Shown: positions 35,613 through 49,652, numbered from the stretch's first letter. The stretch is 64,000 nucleotides of DNA from Pelomyxa schiedti (GCA_020536535.1 JAHLWZ010000185.1:1-64000); one strand, 5' to 3'. Numbers and translations: made by a program. Notes: generated from the sequence alone by a model not told the origin.

Positions 35613-36605
35613 ATGTGGCTTAAATGCACACATTCACCAAAAATTGCCCGCTCCTGGGCCCGCTGCCTCGGAGCAGCCGGGGACGTTTACGCCCTCGAGG
35701 ACAGGGCCACGGGCCACAGGTTTGCGCGGCAGGACAAGATGTCCCTCCACGCGGCGACCAATGGGAAGTGGCTGGTGACGTGCAGAGAGGCCACTAGGGA
35801 TATGTCTGTCCTCAAGCTCCCAAGGAGGAAGAGCCTCCACCACTTGGGTGAAAGGTCAACAGAAGCGGCGGCAACGATCAAGGACCCGACCGTTGTGCGA
35901 GTCCGCGCGAGGGGGTGGAGGATTGATGTTTGGGTTCCTGAGTTTTTGAGTATGCACGAGGATTATGTCTTGCTTCGGTGCTATGATCGAGGGCAACTGC
36001 AAAACTACCGCTTTCTTTGGGTGGATCTTGTTTCAACATGTGGAACAAAGAAGATGGCTGTATTGAGGTCATTCGACATCAGAATGGACGATTTGCCTCC
36101 AAGCATAGTCGACTTCCTGCCCTCCAGTTTATTTTTTTTTGCTGTGCAGAAGGAAGAAGCCATCTCCCATGTCGTAATGGAACGTAACCCCCTATTCTCT
36201 ACTCCAGGGTCCATTGATTTCATCACTGTTGAAGTGAGGAATGACAATGATGACAACAAAGTCCAACCAACGTTTGAGGTGGGCACACCCCCAACAAGAG
36301 ATGAAGGCTGCCATATTTCACAGCTGAACTCGTCACAGTTCTGTGTCTTTCATGCCAATAGTGACACCTACGAAGTGTGGGATGTCAGGGATGCAGAGAA
36401 ACCAGTGAGGACACAGAGGTTACTCAGTGGCTGCACCACCAAAAACGCCTTTGTTGAAGGCGGCCTTCTGTTCCAGTTGAGTGAATCCCTCCATGAGATA
36501 CATGTGGTAGAGGAGTCCTCTGGTGACCATGTCATCACCTTCAATCTGTTCAGGCCAATTTCGTGGGTCACAGGTCACTTCTCTTTCCCTCTGAGCTGCT
36601 GTTGA
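35613..36605 (+). CDS. Hypothetical beta-rich protein, probably 5'-truncated next to the transposon
   Basis: 330-codon protein-like frame. GC content rises abruptly at ~35645 with no convincing ATG. Confidence 0.55.
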   Translation: MWLKCTHSPKIARSWARCLGAAGDVYALEDRATGHRFARQDKMSLHAATNGKWLVTCREATRDMSVLKLPRRKSLHHLGERSTEAAATIKDPTVVRVRARGWRIDVWVPEFLSMHEDYVLLRCYDRGQLQNYRFLWVDLVSTCGTKKMAVLRSFDIRMDDLPPSIVDFLPSSLFFFAVQKEEAISHVVMERNPLFSTPGSIDFITVEVRNDNDDNKVQPTFEVGTPPTRDEGCHISQLNSSQFCVFHANSDTYEVWDVRDAEKPVRTQRLLSGCTTKNAFVEGGLLFQLSESLHEIHVVEESSGDHVITFNLFRPISWVTGHFSFPLSCC

Positions 36606-36839
36606 ACAGCACTTTTTCAGTAATTGTGCTGAGGGTAATTGGTTTATATGAGTGGAAGCAAAAAGAATAAGATGTGATCCCACAAGCTGCACTGTATTTA
36701 TTGTAATAACTCCTCCTTGGAGCTAGAAACACCTCTCTAAATCTGTAATTGTGGGATCAAGGCTCCCAAGCAGATGCTAACCGCCTTTTCGTTCTCACAA
36801 CACAGAAAAAACCAATAAATTAAGCTGGTGTGAAGAAAA

Positions 36840-39162
36840 ATGCGTGAGTCGTTTTGCGTCCAGTTGGTTTTCTTAACACCTTTTGGTAGTACACACTGCA
36901 AGCGACACGACACACGCGCCCGAGGCGGCTCCAAGGCACACTTCCGAAGTTTCCCGAGCCGTTTCGACGTCGCTGGTCGTGTGGGAGTGGGTGCTCCCGT
37001 GGCTGGTCCCCGGGTCGCTCCTGGCGTCGCCCGACCCCTGCCGCCGCGCCCCCGTCAAGGTCAAGCACGCGGTGGCGCTGCTCGGCGTCGCGGAGGCCAT
37101 GTACCCCCTCGTCGGGCGCGCGTGCTCGTCGCTCCTGACCCACTGGGAGCACTGGAGCATGGCCGCCGGCCTCGCCGCGACGGCAGGGAGCCCGCGGTGC
37201 GTGTCCTGGCTGGTGAGGAACAGGGACAGGCACAGGTACGGAAACATGCCAGAGACTGATGATGATGGTGATGATGGTGATGGTGATGGTGGTGGTGAAG
37301 AAAGCAGCGGCATGAGAATGAGGAGGAGGAGGAGCAGGGGGAACAAGGCATTCGCGTGTGTGCTTGGGGGGTTGTGTGTTGGGGGCCATTTGGGGATGGC
37401 AAAGGGGCTGGTGGATCCTGGTGACTGTGGCAGTGGTGGTGGTGGTGGTGGTGTGGATTGGGGTGGTTTGGCGTGGCAGGATGGTGATGGTGACTGCGTG
37501 GTGGACAACGGGCTGGTGGACCACGTGAGGGCGTCTGACATGCTCACGAGAGTGTGTGAGAAGGGACACATGGAAGTGGCGAAGTGGATCATTGAGAGGT
37601 TCTCGGTTAGGGAGACTTGGGAGTTCGCTGGGCCTCTTTCCGCGGCTGTTTCTGGGGGCCACTTGGCGTTGGCTCAGTGGATGGTGGCCACCTTTGATTT
37701 GGTTCCAAAGTTCGGTGATTGTCCCTGGCTGGATATTCACCCTGATGCATGCAAGAGTGAGAACCTGGAAGTTGTGAAGTGGTGCCTGGAGACTTTTCCA
37801 GTGGATAAAATCAGGTCTTACAAAATACTTAATGCATGCTTGAGTGGAAAAACAAGCAAGTGTGCAGAACTATGCCAGTACGTCAAGGAGCGAGTTCCTT
37901 CTCTCTATCCTTCCACCCCTTCATTCTACAGCATCTGCAATCTGGATGTGCTGAAGTGGGCAATGCATGCGTTTCTAGTGGCAGCTCCCACAAAAGATAA
38001 CGTGGAGAGAATGTGTGCAGCCCCAGAAGGTATTCCGTTTTGTCAGTGGCTCGTTGATGAACGAGCTTTCACCCTCACAGCGGCAATGTTTTCTTGTGCC
38101 TGTAAAAATTCAAAAGATAACGCCCAGACTGCAAAGTGGTTGTCAACAAGAGTGCCACTTTCACCAGAGGATATCTGCGATGCGTTCGTCACTGCTTTGA
38201 CCCACAGCAACATCTCAATTGCATCGTGGCTGGACGAAACCTTCCACATTTTAAATCCACCAAACTCAAGCAGCCTCAACCTGTGTTCCACCTCCTCTTC
38301 CATCTTTGTCAAGCTGTGCCAGAACGTACAGCAGTATGTACCAGACGTGGATGGAATGGAATGGTTTCTGAACCACTCCTCAATGAATGGTGTGGATGAA
38401 GCAGTTATTTCGGACTGCATTCAAGTCGTGGTGAAAAAACCATCATTCCAGGTTGCTCTATTCCTCATGGAACACTTCCACATCTCTGAACCAAAGAGGA
38501 GTGAACTTCTTGCCCACATTCTGAAGGAGGGTGTGAGGAGTGATACTATCTCACCAATCAAAAAGCTCGTTTCAATGGGTGCGTTTTCAAAAGAGTCTGT
38601 TGCAAAGTGCCTGGCCAATTCTGTTGGACTCCAATCCACCAAAGCAGCCAGGTGGCTCATCACCCACTTCCATCTTGAACACCAACACATCACACTTGAC
38701 AACAACAGGATGCTTTTCAACGTGATAACGTGGGGTCAAGGGAGCTGTGCCGAGTGGCTCATCAACAAGTTCCACATCACACTCGATGAGGTACCTCCTT
38801 CATCACTCCCCTTTCCTTGCATAAGAATAACTTTTTTTTTATGGCAGTTCTTGAACCTCAAGTGGGAAAAGGATTCCCTTCTCTGGATTGATTTGTTCAC
38901 ATGGAAAACGATCCAGCAGGCGTTCCCAGGGCTGACAGCAGCCATGGTCAAAGACAGGTTCCTTCCACTGGTGTGCAAATCACCAGTCATTGCACAGGTT
39001 GCCATGAAGGGGTTCCCATTCCTGCTGACCAGGGATGACATCCTGGCCTTCTGTTCCAGCACGGCGCACTACCACTTCTCTCTCTCCACTCGGTTGTGGC
39101 TTAGAGACTACAACCCACTCATTTGGGCCCGCAAGACCAAACCACTTGGAGGTAATCACTGA
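36840..39162 (+). CDS. Degenerate ankyrin-like repeat protein (lineage-specific type)
   Basis: Repeats such as CVGGHLGMAKGL, CEKGHMEVAKWI and AVSGGHLALAQWM. ATG-C at 36840 splices into the long ORF; in-frame intron at ~38791-38847. Confidence 0.75.
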
Positions 39163-39424
39163 CCCATCGTTCTTGAAAAAAAAGGAAAATAATAACATTG
39201 CCTTGGTGTGCGTTATGGACGTGGCGAAGGTGTTGGAAAGAACCTGGAAGCAGAGCACCTATAAGGCGGTTTCACTCCACCAGAGGGCCTCTAATGCTAG
39301 TGAAGCCCAAGCAAGTAGTGCGCAAGGTTACTGGCTTATCCTTGGGACAGTCCAATGTACTTTACATAGTCGCTGCAATCTTCTGCCAATCACATTGGGG
39401 TTTTCACCCAAAATAGCCTGGTGC

Positions 39425-40405
39425 ATGATGCGTGGGGTGTTGTGCCTGTGCGTCGTTGTTGTTGTTTGGTGGGCGTTTGTTGTGCGCGGCCATCAAGGCA
39501 TGGACGTGTCGTCGTTGATAACGGCGGACGACTTCTCGTGCGGGCTGGCGGACGGCTACGACACGGTCGTCGTCCGCGCGTACCACTCTTACGGCGGCGT
39601 GGACACCAACGCACCCCCGACCCTGGAGAACGCGCAGCAGGCTGGGCTGCTCGTGACTGACGTGTACCACTTCCCTTGTTACGGAAAGGGTCTGTTGTTG
39701 TTGTTGCTGTTGTGTTGTGTTGTGTATTGTATGTGTATATTATACATCCACGTCCGTTCAGTTCGGTCGTTTTTTTCCTTGACACATGTTGAGGGGAAGC
39801 TTCTGGTTGTTTTTGTTTTTATTGTGTTTTTCAATTAACTGACTTACGACGCTCTGGATGATGATGGCACTGGCACTTTGATGTGTGCATATTGTCTGCT
39901 CTACTTGCGTTGGTTATGTGATAGATAAAACTGGGGAGCTTCCGGCTGTGCAACAAGTGTCTGATATGGTGGAATACCTGGCCTCGACTAATAGCACATA
40001 TGGAAGATTGTGGTTTGATGTGGAGACCAACCCAAGTGACGGGTGCGGATGGGAAACAAGCTCAGCAAACTTCCCACTCAATTGCCAGTTTTTGGGTGAC
40101 CTTATAACTGCCGCCCGCGACCTCAATCAGACCGTTGGAGTGTATGTGAGCTCGTACGAATGGAGCATTATAATGGGAAGTGCCTGCACCATTGCCTCTG
40201 ACACCCTTTTGTGGTTTGTTTCCCTAGTTCATTCTAATTTGTTATTAACATGTGTCCAAAAAACCCCAGGTACCCACATTGGGACGACAATCTTTCCTTC
40301 AGTGATTTTGTACCCTTTGGTGGTTGGACTGAACCAACAATGAAACAATACTCAGACAAAGAGCACATTTGCTCTCTTAACGAGGATGCAGACTGGTGGC
40401 CTTAA
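39425..40405 (+). CDS. Secreted GH25 lysozyme (amoeba/nematode Lys-type)
   Basis: Signal peptide, GMDVS, VVRAYHSYGGVD, DVYHFPC, LWFDVE, LWYPHWD..FVPFGGW..MKQY; 2 introns. Confidence 0.9.
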
Positions 40406-40487
40406 AAGGGGGCCCAAGACATGTATTAACATTAAAAAAAACCTCTTGCGGTTTTTTTCGTTGTCCTCTTTTCTGTATCTGCATCCT

Positions 40488-43400
40488 CTAGTTGTTTTGA
40501 AGTGACTCTAGAACCTCACTTATCTCTTTGAAGTCTGATACCAAATTATTACAAGTTGTAAAGAAAGGGGAATTTTACCTGGCCTGGCATCAGCTTCAGC
40601 AGCCCAACAGGAAGCAATGAGTGTTCTCAGTCTTGGGTCCCATTCTTCAGGAATGGGTAATCTTTTTCCCGCAATCACGAATTCAGTTATTCCTGGTATT
40701 TGAGATGTATTTAGTTGTTATTGGGGTGGTGGAACAGGACACACTCCAGGTGCTAGAAAACTCGGTGGCATTGTAGGGCTCGGTGTTCTTAAGTATTTGG
40801 TACATGACAATGGCGAAACTGGGAGAGGAAAAAAGTTTTAAAAGGGGCTAATTTGTTGTGTTTGAACTTGCCTGTACACATCAGCACTCGAAGTATAAGC
40901 TCGGTTGTCAAGGAGTTCAGGGGACATGTATGCTGGGGTTCCAATCTGTGGTAGGGGAATTGAACTGCAGGTTCCAGGGAATAGACTTCCTTACCCCGGT
41001 TGTCATTAGCTTTGAAGAATTGCTGTGTACATCCCGGCAAGTCCCTTTTAGATGGTAGCACTAGAGAATGGAAAAAGGAGTAATACCAAAGTCGGTTAGT
41101 TTGCAGTTTACTGGGGCGTCAATTTGGAGAGAAGCCATCAGAAAGTTATCAGGTTTCAAGTCCCTGTGTAAAATCGAAGATGTATGGAGAAAGAGTATCC
41201 CTTCGGGCTCATATTCAGACAACTTTTTGCAAGAAATGGAAAAACGGCACCTTTGGCTGCATCAAGCAAGCATTTCAACTTGAGAGCTTGAGAAAATGTG
41301 TGTTTCTGGGAATTTTATTTATTTAGTAGAGTCGAAAGTGAAAGTTATGCACGCACTTGCATGCAGGACCATAAGTTTCCAAGTGGCATGTATTCCTTTG
41401 AAATTTTTACTATGTTGAAGAGAGTTTCATTCGCATACGGTTACAATTGCCAAAGCACCTGATAAGTGAACGGCCCCTACGAAATTAACAATCTGGAGAG
41501 CATAAATTTAGAGCGACGGTTCCGGTTCACGAACACACATACGTAAATGTTTCTCAAGGATTCCAGCATCTCAACTTCCCGTTGGAAATCTTCATATACT
41601 CCAGTGCCTGACTGAATTTTGAGAACTTTAACTGCCACTTCGCCATTCCTCCAAGATCCTGCAACTGTAAGAGCTAAAAAGTTCCACAAAAGGAAACCTT
41701 GGAACACAGAACCATAGGAACCTTCACCAATCGGAGGCTGTCAATACCGAGACAGATGAGGTTAGTACCCCGATTAAATGACTAAACGAAACCTACCCGT
41801 TGGAGAATAAGTTCTTCAGGGTCAAGTTTTGTGCTCACTCGTGACTCTACAGAGATTGGGATAATACAAAAGCAAGATTCCTCTTGCCTAAAGGTATTCC
41901 CTACCGTTTGATCAGTTATTTTGCTTTGAGGTTGTCAGAGGAACCAACCTCGGGTTACTGCAAGGTAAACAGGAGACGAGATTTTTGTGGTGCAATGGCA
42001 CCTCAAAATTGCAGTGAACTCAGCATTTTTCCCCTTGTTCGAAAGTAAGTAACCTGTTCACATAGGGTGTAATGAATACCGCTGAAAGGGTTGTCACTAT
42101 GGGTGACATGGAAACTGAGAACTTTGGTGTGTGCGGGAGGAAGAATTTCAATGCCAATTTGTTGTGAGAAGAATTGGAAATTGTAAAGTGCTCCACATTA
42201 TCGGAACCCACACTTGCTTGGTGTGATTCTAATGACAAGCACCGTTACGAACACAAGGAATGAGGAAAAAAGTACCTAGTCCGAAAGTGAAGGTTTCTAC
42301 ACTAAGAGTGAGCCCCAAATCTGCTAGGGAAACTTCCTTGCTCAGAGATGTATCAAGAATTTCACTGGGGTCCACTGGTTGGGAGAAAAACTGCAGCTTA
42401 TCCACTGCACTCAGCTCAACGCCACCTTCATTTTTTCTTCGAGGGTGTAAAAGTAACATCAAAAAATAAGAAGACGCAACTTGGAGTGGATTTTTCTCCA
42501 GAAAATAACAGTTGCTACAGCAGACACGGCGGCAAATAAAGCACTCCCAACTGCAATTACGATGTAACTCCAAAGAGGTAAACTCGCTTGGTGACAGAAG
42601 ACTGAGAAGTAACCATGAAAATTAAACTGGTTTGGTTTTTTTTTTGGCTGGAGAATACCATCTGTGGATGCAGCTGAAATTCTATCCACATCAATGGAAT
42701 AGGCCCCAAAATGTGAAAAGGAAAAAGACACTTGAATCTTTTGTATTGATGATTTATCAATGGATGAATCATCAGTATTGATGCAGATACTACGCCTAGA
42801 CAAAATGAGAAATACCAATAGGAGATTTGGCACTTTACCATTGAGAATGTAAAGACTCGTCCAGAGAAACCGTAAATGCGAGGCCGAAGGCATCAATGAG
42901 TGAAATGTCAATTGCGACTTCAAATATTTCTTCGGTTAGAAGATGAATGCCAGTAATTGACATACCACTTTCGGAGCTGTTAGTTCTTACAACTAATGTA
43001 ATCCTGAATAAGAATTTGATCAGTAAAGGGGCAACCGAGAAAGATTTATCACCATGACAGAGATGCCTGCAGAACAAACAAATCTGGTTGAATATCTAGA
43101 GTGCAAGAGCTCCAACATTGAAGTCTCCAGAACCCAGTCCCTGAAAAAGGGTCCTCTCGGGTGAATTCACCATTGGACAGGAGTTCCAGTCCAGCACCAA
43201 GTTCAGGTTCACACAAGTCCATTGATTCGTCCCACAAAACAGGGTCTGAGCCGTGGGTGAATTTCAAATGCGTGTGCGTAAGAGCAAGGTGCATACCAAT
43301 GGTGCCATTGATAGAAAGGACGCCAGTTTCCACACATTTCTTCATATTGCAGGCCCTAATGTAGTACAAAACTGAAATATGGTACTCGAAAGCGAAAACT

Positions 43401-46400
43401 AGTGTGACAGAGTTGGTGTTGCCTCTGACTTCAGTCCAAGTTTGAGTGGAGGAGCTCCAGTACCAGAGCTCATAGTGACTGCACTCCAGATCGCTGGAAT
43501 TGAGACAGGCGATTCCAAATTGCACGTCTAAGTATTCTCAGTTTAAAGTCGAGCCTTCCTCTACTTACCATCCCACTGCACAAAAATGCTTGGCCACAAT
43601 ATATGGGCCTCATGTGTTCTTGCAAATGTACCATTTTGCCAGTAAATTGGAGTGGGAAACTGCTGTAAACATGGAATCCCATCTGAAGATATGCTATCAA
43701 CCAACACTTTGGGAGTTTTGGGGCTTGGGAGGTACCTGGGGCAACAGAGAATTTTCCCATCACAGGATTATACAAGTTTTGACTTCCGCCCAAATATTGC
43801 ACATTAGATGTGCTCATAAAATTGTATGAGTTTGAATTCCTGGTATTGGGAGTAAGTAGGTTACTAATCAATGGAATATGGTACCCTGAAACCACAAGAC
43901 TTCCATCAGCACCAACCCATAGTGAGCTGTAACATCCTGTCTCATTTGTCAATTGCATTGAAATAGAATGTGCTTCCATTGAGGAAACAGAAAAAAACCC
44001 TACTCAAGTGAGGTGATGCATCACAGTTGAAGTGTGCGCTTGTACCGATAACAGCAGAAGCATTAGGATTGGTCCCAACAAAGGCCAATCCTTTGTAGGA
44101 ATACTGTGCCAAGTCATAGAGTGTCTCTTCGAAATCGAGTGAAAGAGATGCTTCATACGAACCCCAGCTCGCCTGACACTGTTAGAATAATAAAATATCA
44201 AGTTCAATACTCGGAATAGGGAATTGGAGTGCACAAAAAACATAAAAAGCATAGAATTGCTGTCTCTGAATAAGGCCGGAGAAAAGCATTTTTGCTAATT
44301 GCTTGTTCAGTACAATTCCACCATTGATGTTTACCATCTGGGAAGCCTGCCAGTACATAGAAAAAGATGTACAGTGCCACTGATCTTCTACTATTTCGCA
44401 CTGGGTAGTAGTACAGTCTTCTGAGAGAGTTGCTAGAAAGTGTCCCTGTGCTTCAAATATGAAGTTGGAGTTCCCGTGGGCGGTAATTCTGGAAGGTTGG
44501 GACTCTGGAGGAGAAAGTTAGAAATAAAAAGAGGAGATAAGGTTGAATGCATACGCCCAAGTCCATAGCAGTATTGCAAAGTCCAAGATTTGTCAAAGAA
44601 AAGCAGGCAAGATTTGTCTCCAGCGCAATCACCATCATATTGTCCCTTTGGAAGTGGAAAGGTTCCCTCTGGTGATGATACCAAGATAATCCTTTTAGAG
44701 TACGTGTGTAAAAATCAAGTGGGTGCATGCAATACCAGTATTCTGAAAATGAAATAATGTCTTGGAAAGATTCGTCCCCTGGCCCTCCCCACGGGACTTT
44801 GATGCAGGAGCATATTAATTGTTTGTGCAAGAAGAAAGATAAGAGGAGAAAACACACCAGACCATGAAACATCACAGTCACTCATATTAAGAGCCATGAT
44901 GAAGGCATCTTGCGTCAAAAATGACATTGAAACCAAAAGGCCATTTGGTGCATTTTCGAGTTTCAAAGGTGTATATTCTATCACTTTTTATGCACAAAGG
45001 ATGTGGAGATATCCACACCTCCAGATCCAACAAGGTACATCAAACTAGAGTCTTCGTCAATTTCAAGAGAATTCACCACGCCAGTGGCCTTGTCCCAAGA
45101 GAAATAACACTGCTCAGTCCCAACTGAATCGAATTTGACAAAGAAAGGACCGTCACTGTTGCCACAACTATATAAATCTGGAAATGTTAGTGACAGTGAA
45201 GTGTTGTGATTACGAACTCACTGCCGTGAAGATCTTCCCTAGTTTTCACCAAACTTCCATTCTTACTTGCAGATGGCTTGACAAAGGATGAAATGAAATC
45301 CATTTCTGGCAGGACCTGAGGGCAAAAATCGGAGCATTTTGCCCCTGCTTGATTCCATTGACACCCAGAATAATCCAGACAACCAGTTTCATCAAGATTA
45401 TCACAGGCATCACATGACAGGGATGAAATCAAACATGAGTTCTGGGAAGTGCACCACCTGCAGCCTATCCTTGAAGGCGTCATCCTTACGTTTATGGGGA
45501 AGTTTACATACATGGTATCACATTGTCTTTGGTCTATATATGTAGAGCAAGCAGCCGGGCAGTCGATTTGAGTGGAACTGACACAAATAGAGTTGCTACA
45601 AAATTTACAGGAGGGAGTGTCTGAAATTTGGCAGTATTGTTCATTATCTCTCACATCAGTGCAGAAGCTACAGTAGTCACTTTGTCCCACACACATTGCC
45701 GTGGCGTTGCACCATCTGCAGTCTGGCCTATTGTTGTTTTAAAAGACACAACTCACTGACTGGATGTTCACTCACGTTAAACATGTGCCCTGGTCCTTTT
45801 GGAAACAATCCCCACAACTACCTGCAACACAAGTTTCACTGCTTGGACAATATGAACACCCTCTAAAAGGATACCTACAGAAGAAACATCTGAGTGATGG
45901 AAGTGTGCCACTCACATACATGGAAATGCAAGACGCTTGATTGTCACTTGCACTGCACTCTTGACAAGCCTGCTTTCCAGCTATACAGATTTCTCTAGAT
46001 TCACACCATGAACACACTGAGGTTAGGTTGCAAACAGATTGATTGGCTATTTTTGAACAGTCTATTGTGAGGTTAGGTTGATGTAAAAAGGAGAGGAAGA
46101 GAGAGACCTTCAAGGAGATTGAAAAATAGGTACATTCCAGTTTCATTTGTGTTCAAATCGAAAAGTCGCGGGAGGGATTCCCATGTTCTTGTGAGGGTTA
46201 GCATTAAATGTCAAAGACAGTATTCTATACGGAAAAGAGAGGCCAATAGCAGCTTCACTGTGAGAAATCTTAGAGTCAAACCCGTGGAAATACCAATCTC
46301 CAGTAGAAAGCTGTTCAAGGACAGAGATTCCATTATCCCAGGGTCTAAACAAAAAGTCTTCATCCCCATCGCCATCAACATGTTCGTAGTTAAGGATAAA

Positions 46401-47778
46401 AAGGCAAGCGGGGAAAAATTGGTTGAGAAATAAAGGATATCACCACAAACAAGTTGACAGGAAGTCAAGTTAACATTATACATGGAATACACATCCTTGA
46501 TAATCCATTGGCCACCATCAGGGAAGCTCTCCCCAACAAATTTGGCAAGGGTAAAAGTTAGGTTTCCTGTCGTATCTCGTAGTGCTAGCATTACCATCCA
46601 GCTACCTGCTATTTGTTTGTTTTCAACTTTAAAAAGAGGAGCAATACCTAAACATGCTGAACTACACTCGACATGAGCTGATAACGTCTGATAGATGGCA
46701 AGTTGGTTCCACCCATATCCAGTGATTGTGTCATCGTTCCACACCACTACAACTTTTTGGTCACCCACAGCCATTAGCACCACAGGAGAAGGATGACTGG
46801 GGATATTCCCTCCAATTGTCCCGTAGAGTGGCATTTGATAAAGAACCTCAATTCCAGAGACCGGAATTACACTTGGGCAATCAAGAGTCAGTGGATCCAG
46901 TTGGGAACCCAAAGTCCCATTGCACACATATATCCCATTTGGTGTAGTTGAGGCCGATGACGAACAGAGCAAAAATGAAGTGAAGTACTCTAGAGTTGAG
47001 TGAAAACCCACTCCAGACACACAGTTTTCCTTGGGAGATGTGTAATCCAAATCGCCTGTGCAGGTTACATGGACTCCTCTTGGACCTACACTAAGTGCAC
47101 ATGGGGGAACAGTATCATTCATCGAGGCCATAACAACGATACTTGTTGTGATAAAATCTATAAAGGATGGTGAGTCCTACTTTTTTTTGTCATAAAGATT
47201 GATGAAAGAAAAATGAAGAAGAGAGAAAGGAACTAAAGATAGGCAGGCAAGTCCACACCATCCCACAATTTAGTGTAGAGCACGGTATATCCAATGAGAG
47301 TGGTTACGAGCAAATCTGTGTGCGGAACGGCACTGCAGTTGCACGCGTCATTGCAATTGCAGCACCCACACACCGGGTCTACCCCGGCGCACTCTCCCGC
47401 AGTTGCACCTGCCGCTATGACGCCACCGCCACCGCCATCACGCCCCACCCGTGTCCCCAAAGGCGCCGGCTTGGTGCACGAGCACCCGGTGTGCGCCACG
47501 AAGAGGGCGTGGTGCCCCAGCGCCGTGGCGAACTGCGTGGCCGGCGCGGCCGCCGAGTACGGCGCGTCGCACGTCGGCTTGCCATAATTGAGTTTCGCTG
47601 CGAGGCGCTCGCGGTGTGCCGCGATTCCGCGCCGGGGCTCCTCGACCGTGTACAGCGTCGAGCTCGCGGTCCGTGCAAGCAAGAACAACGTTACAACCAG
47701 CAAGAAAACGGCCAACGGTTTCACGTTGAAGCAGCAACTTCGTGTGAAGAACGTAAGTCTCGGTCTTGTACTCGCCAT
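40488..47778 (-). CDS. Large receptor-like transmembrane TKL kinase (Entamoeba TMK-like) with Cys-rich PSI-like ectodomain repeats
   Basis: Signal peptide, CxWC repeats and a TM helix (YIVIAVGSALFAAVSAVATVIFW). Juxtamembrane segment ends STKLDPEEL. GEGSYG, VAVK, HRDLKPDN, DFG and GTPTYMSPE; many introns. Confidence 0.85.
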
Positions 47779-48025
47779 TGAGAGCCTGCTTCTGAAAAAG
47801 GGGGATCTATTGGTTCTTTGTTTTTGTACCACTTTTGCTTGTGGTGGCTGTTTAAATTTGGGGTTTGTGTACCCCAATTTTTCCGATTGTAGATACGGAA
47901 GGGCCACAAGAAATTCGTGTGCGTGACAGAAGTAACTTCCCGTAACTTTCTTTTGGGGGTTTGCATGAAAGTTGCACGGGAGAAGAACGTAGGCTCTCTC
48001 GCACACCATTTCAGAGTTGACCAAC

Positions 48026-49541
48026 TCAAAGTGACCACACTCCTGGTATCTTGGTGCCACAGCGGCCACATTGTCCAGTGGGAGTCCAATCACGCATGAG
48101 GTCAACAGAGTACCCTTGCCTGTCAATAAGCGGTGCTCGGCAGGAATGGCAGTATGTGCGCTCCCCGTCGGCTGTGGCTATGTTCCCGACGTACACGTAC
48201 TGTTTGTGTGTGGTTTTGTTTGTTTTTGTTTGTATTTGTTTGTGTGTGTTAGGTTATGGTTAGAAATGGGGGGATAGAAAGCTTGCCTGAAGGTGCTTCT
48301 TTGCGGCAGCCACGGCGTTTGTGAGTGTTCGCTCTGGTGTTATCTCCACGGATTTCATTTTGTACTTGGGGAAGAACCTAGACAAGTGCAATGGAGTGTG
48401 GTTTCCCAAGGTGTTGGCAATCCACTCAGCGGCCGACTCTACTTCTTGTGGGGAGTCGTTGTGGTGTGGAATGACCAGATATGCTATTTCTATCCATACA
48501 TGTGGGTGCTTTGTGCGAAGGCGTTCGAGAGTACTGCAGACAGAAGATAGGCGGGCACCACAAATATTATGATAAAAGTCTTCAGTGAAAGCTAAGAGAA
48601 TGAATGTAAAAGTCAAGTTAAAGCTATTTCAGATACCTTTTAGGTCAACATTAGCGGCATCAATATAGGGATATAGTTCGTCTAAAGGCTCTTGATTAAT
48701 GTAACCTTTGGGAAGGTTTGAGTGTTAGAGCAAGGAATCAAACTTCGAACCATTGGTAACCATGACGTTTTTAAGACCTCGAGCACGTGCAAGTTTGGCA
48801 ATGTCAAGAACGTACTCATAAAAAATCTTTGGCTGTTAGTATGCATCACAAGTCAACAAGGAGTTACAGTTGGTTCGTTGTAAGTGTAGGCAATTGACTT
48901 AGAACCGCTTCTAACTGCAGCCTCAACTATAGCCTCGGGGGGAACAAAGGCCACTCCTGATGATTCAATGTCTGTAGGCTGCATTTTTTGGCAATCCCCA
49001 ATGAAGTGGAGCTTTTACCTGGGAAATTGAGTAGTTTTGGCAATGTTGGCATCTTAAATTACAGCCCAAAGTTCCAAGAGAAAACGCCGAACTTCAACGT
49101 GCATAAATGTTAGAGTGCAAAAACCCAAAGCAAAGATGAGGAAATAGAGCATACGAATTTGGCAAAAAGTGAAGTAACTGCCTCAATGATTTAATACGCG
49201 GGAAGCAATAGAGGCGGAGGGCATACCGGCTTCTTTTCAATCGGATCAGTGTGAGTAGAACAAGGTCTCCCGTAAACCAATGACACCAAACGACCTATAC
49301 ACAGTTAGCAATGCACAACGACATAAGTACCAAAATTTTAAAAAGGTGGGAGAGAGAGAGAGAGAAAAAAAAAGGTAACCCAACCGTTTTCGTTTTTGCG
49401 AGCACGGCAGATTCCACACTTGCCCGGCGCCACCAGACAATTATTTGGGCACAACACGCACCTCACGTTGTTGCCTCCTCCTCCCTCGCTCACTGCCTGC
49501 TGCCACGCTGCCGGTTTTTTCGCACTCACAGAAGCTGCCAT
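48026..49541 (-). CDS. AmmeMemoRadiSam-system radical SAM enzyme (PFL-activase-like), 9 exons
   Basis: N-terminal CVLCPNNC..GKCGICRAR, DPIEKKPLLHFLP, CNLRCQHCQN (CxxxCxxC), IAYTYNEP, VTNGY, AANVDLK, LHLSRFFP, YVYVGN and C-terminal CHSC..CGRCG. Confidence 0.9.
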
Positions 49542-49652
49542 TACTTACACCAAGTGAAGTTGTCTTGAGTGCCTGGCTGAGGCTTGGGTCCGCGTCGGTG
49601 CTTCGAATTCGTCAACGGTTTTTTTTTAAAAAAAAAAATAGTACCCTTCAGA

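Noticed and set aside
31400-35650. Terminal inverted repeats for the transposon
   Set aside because: I compared the candidate ends by eye and found no matching inverted pair.
49570-49627. tRNA-like A/B boxes followed by a T-run
   Set aside because: No cloverleaf or acceptor stem, and the B box is imperfect.
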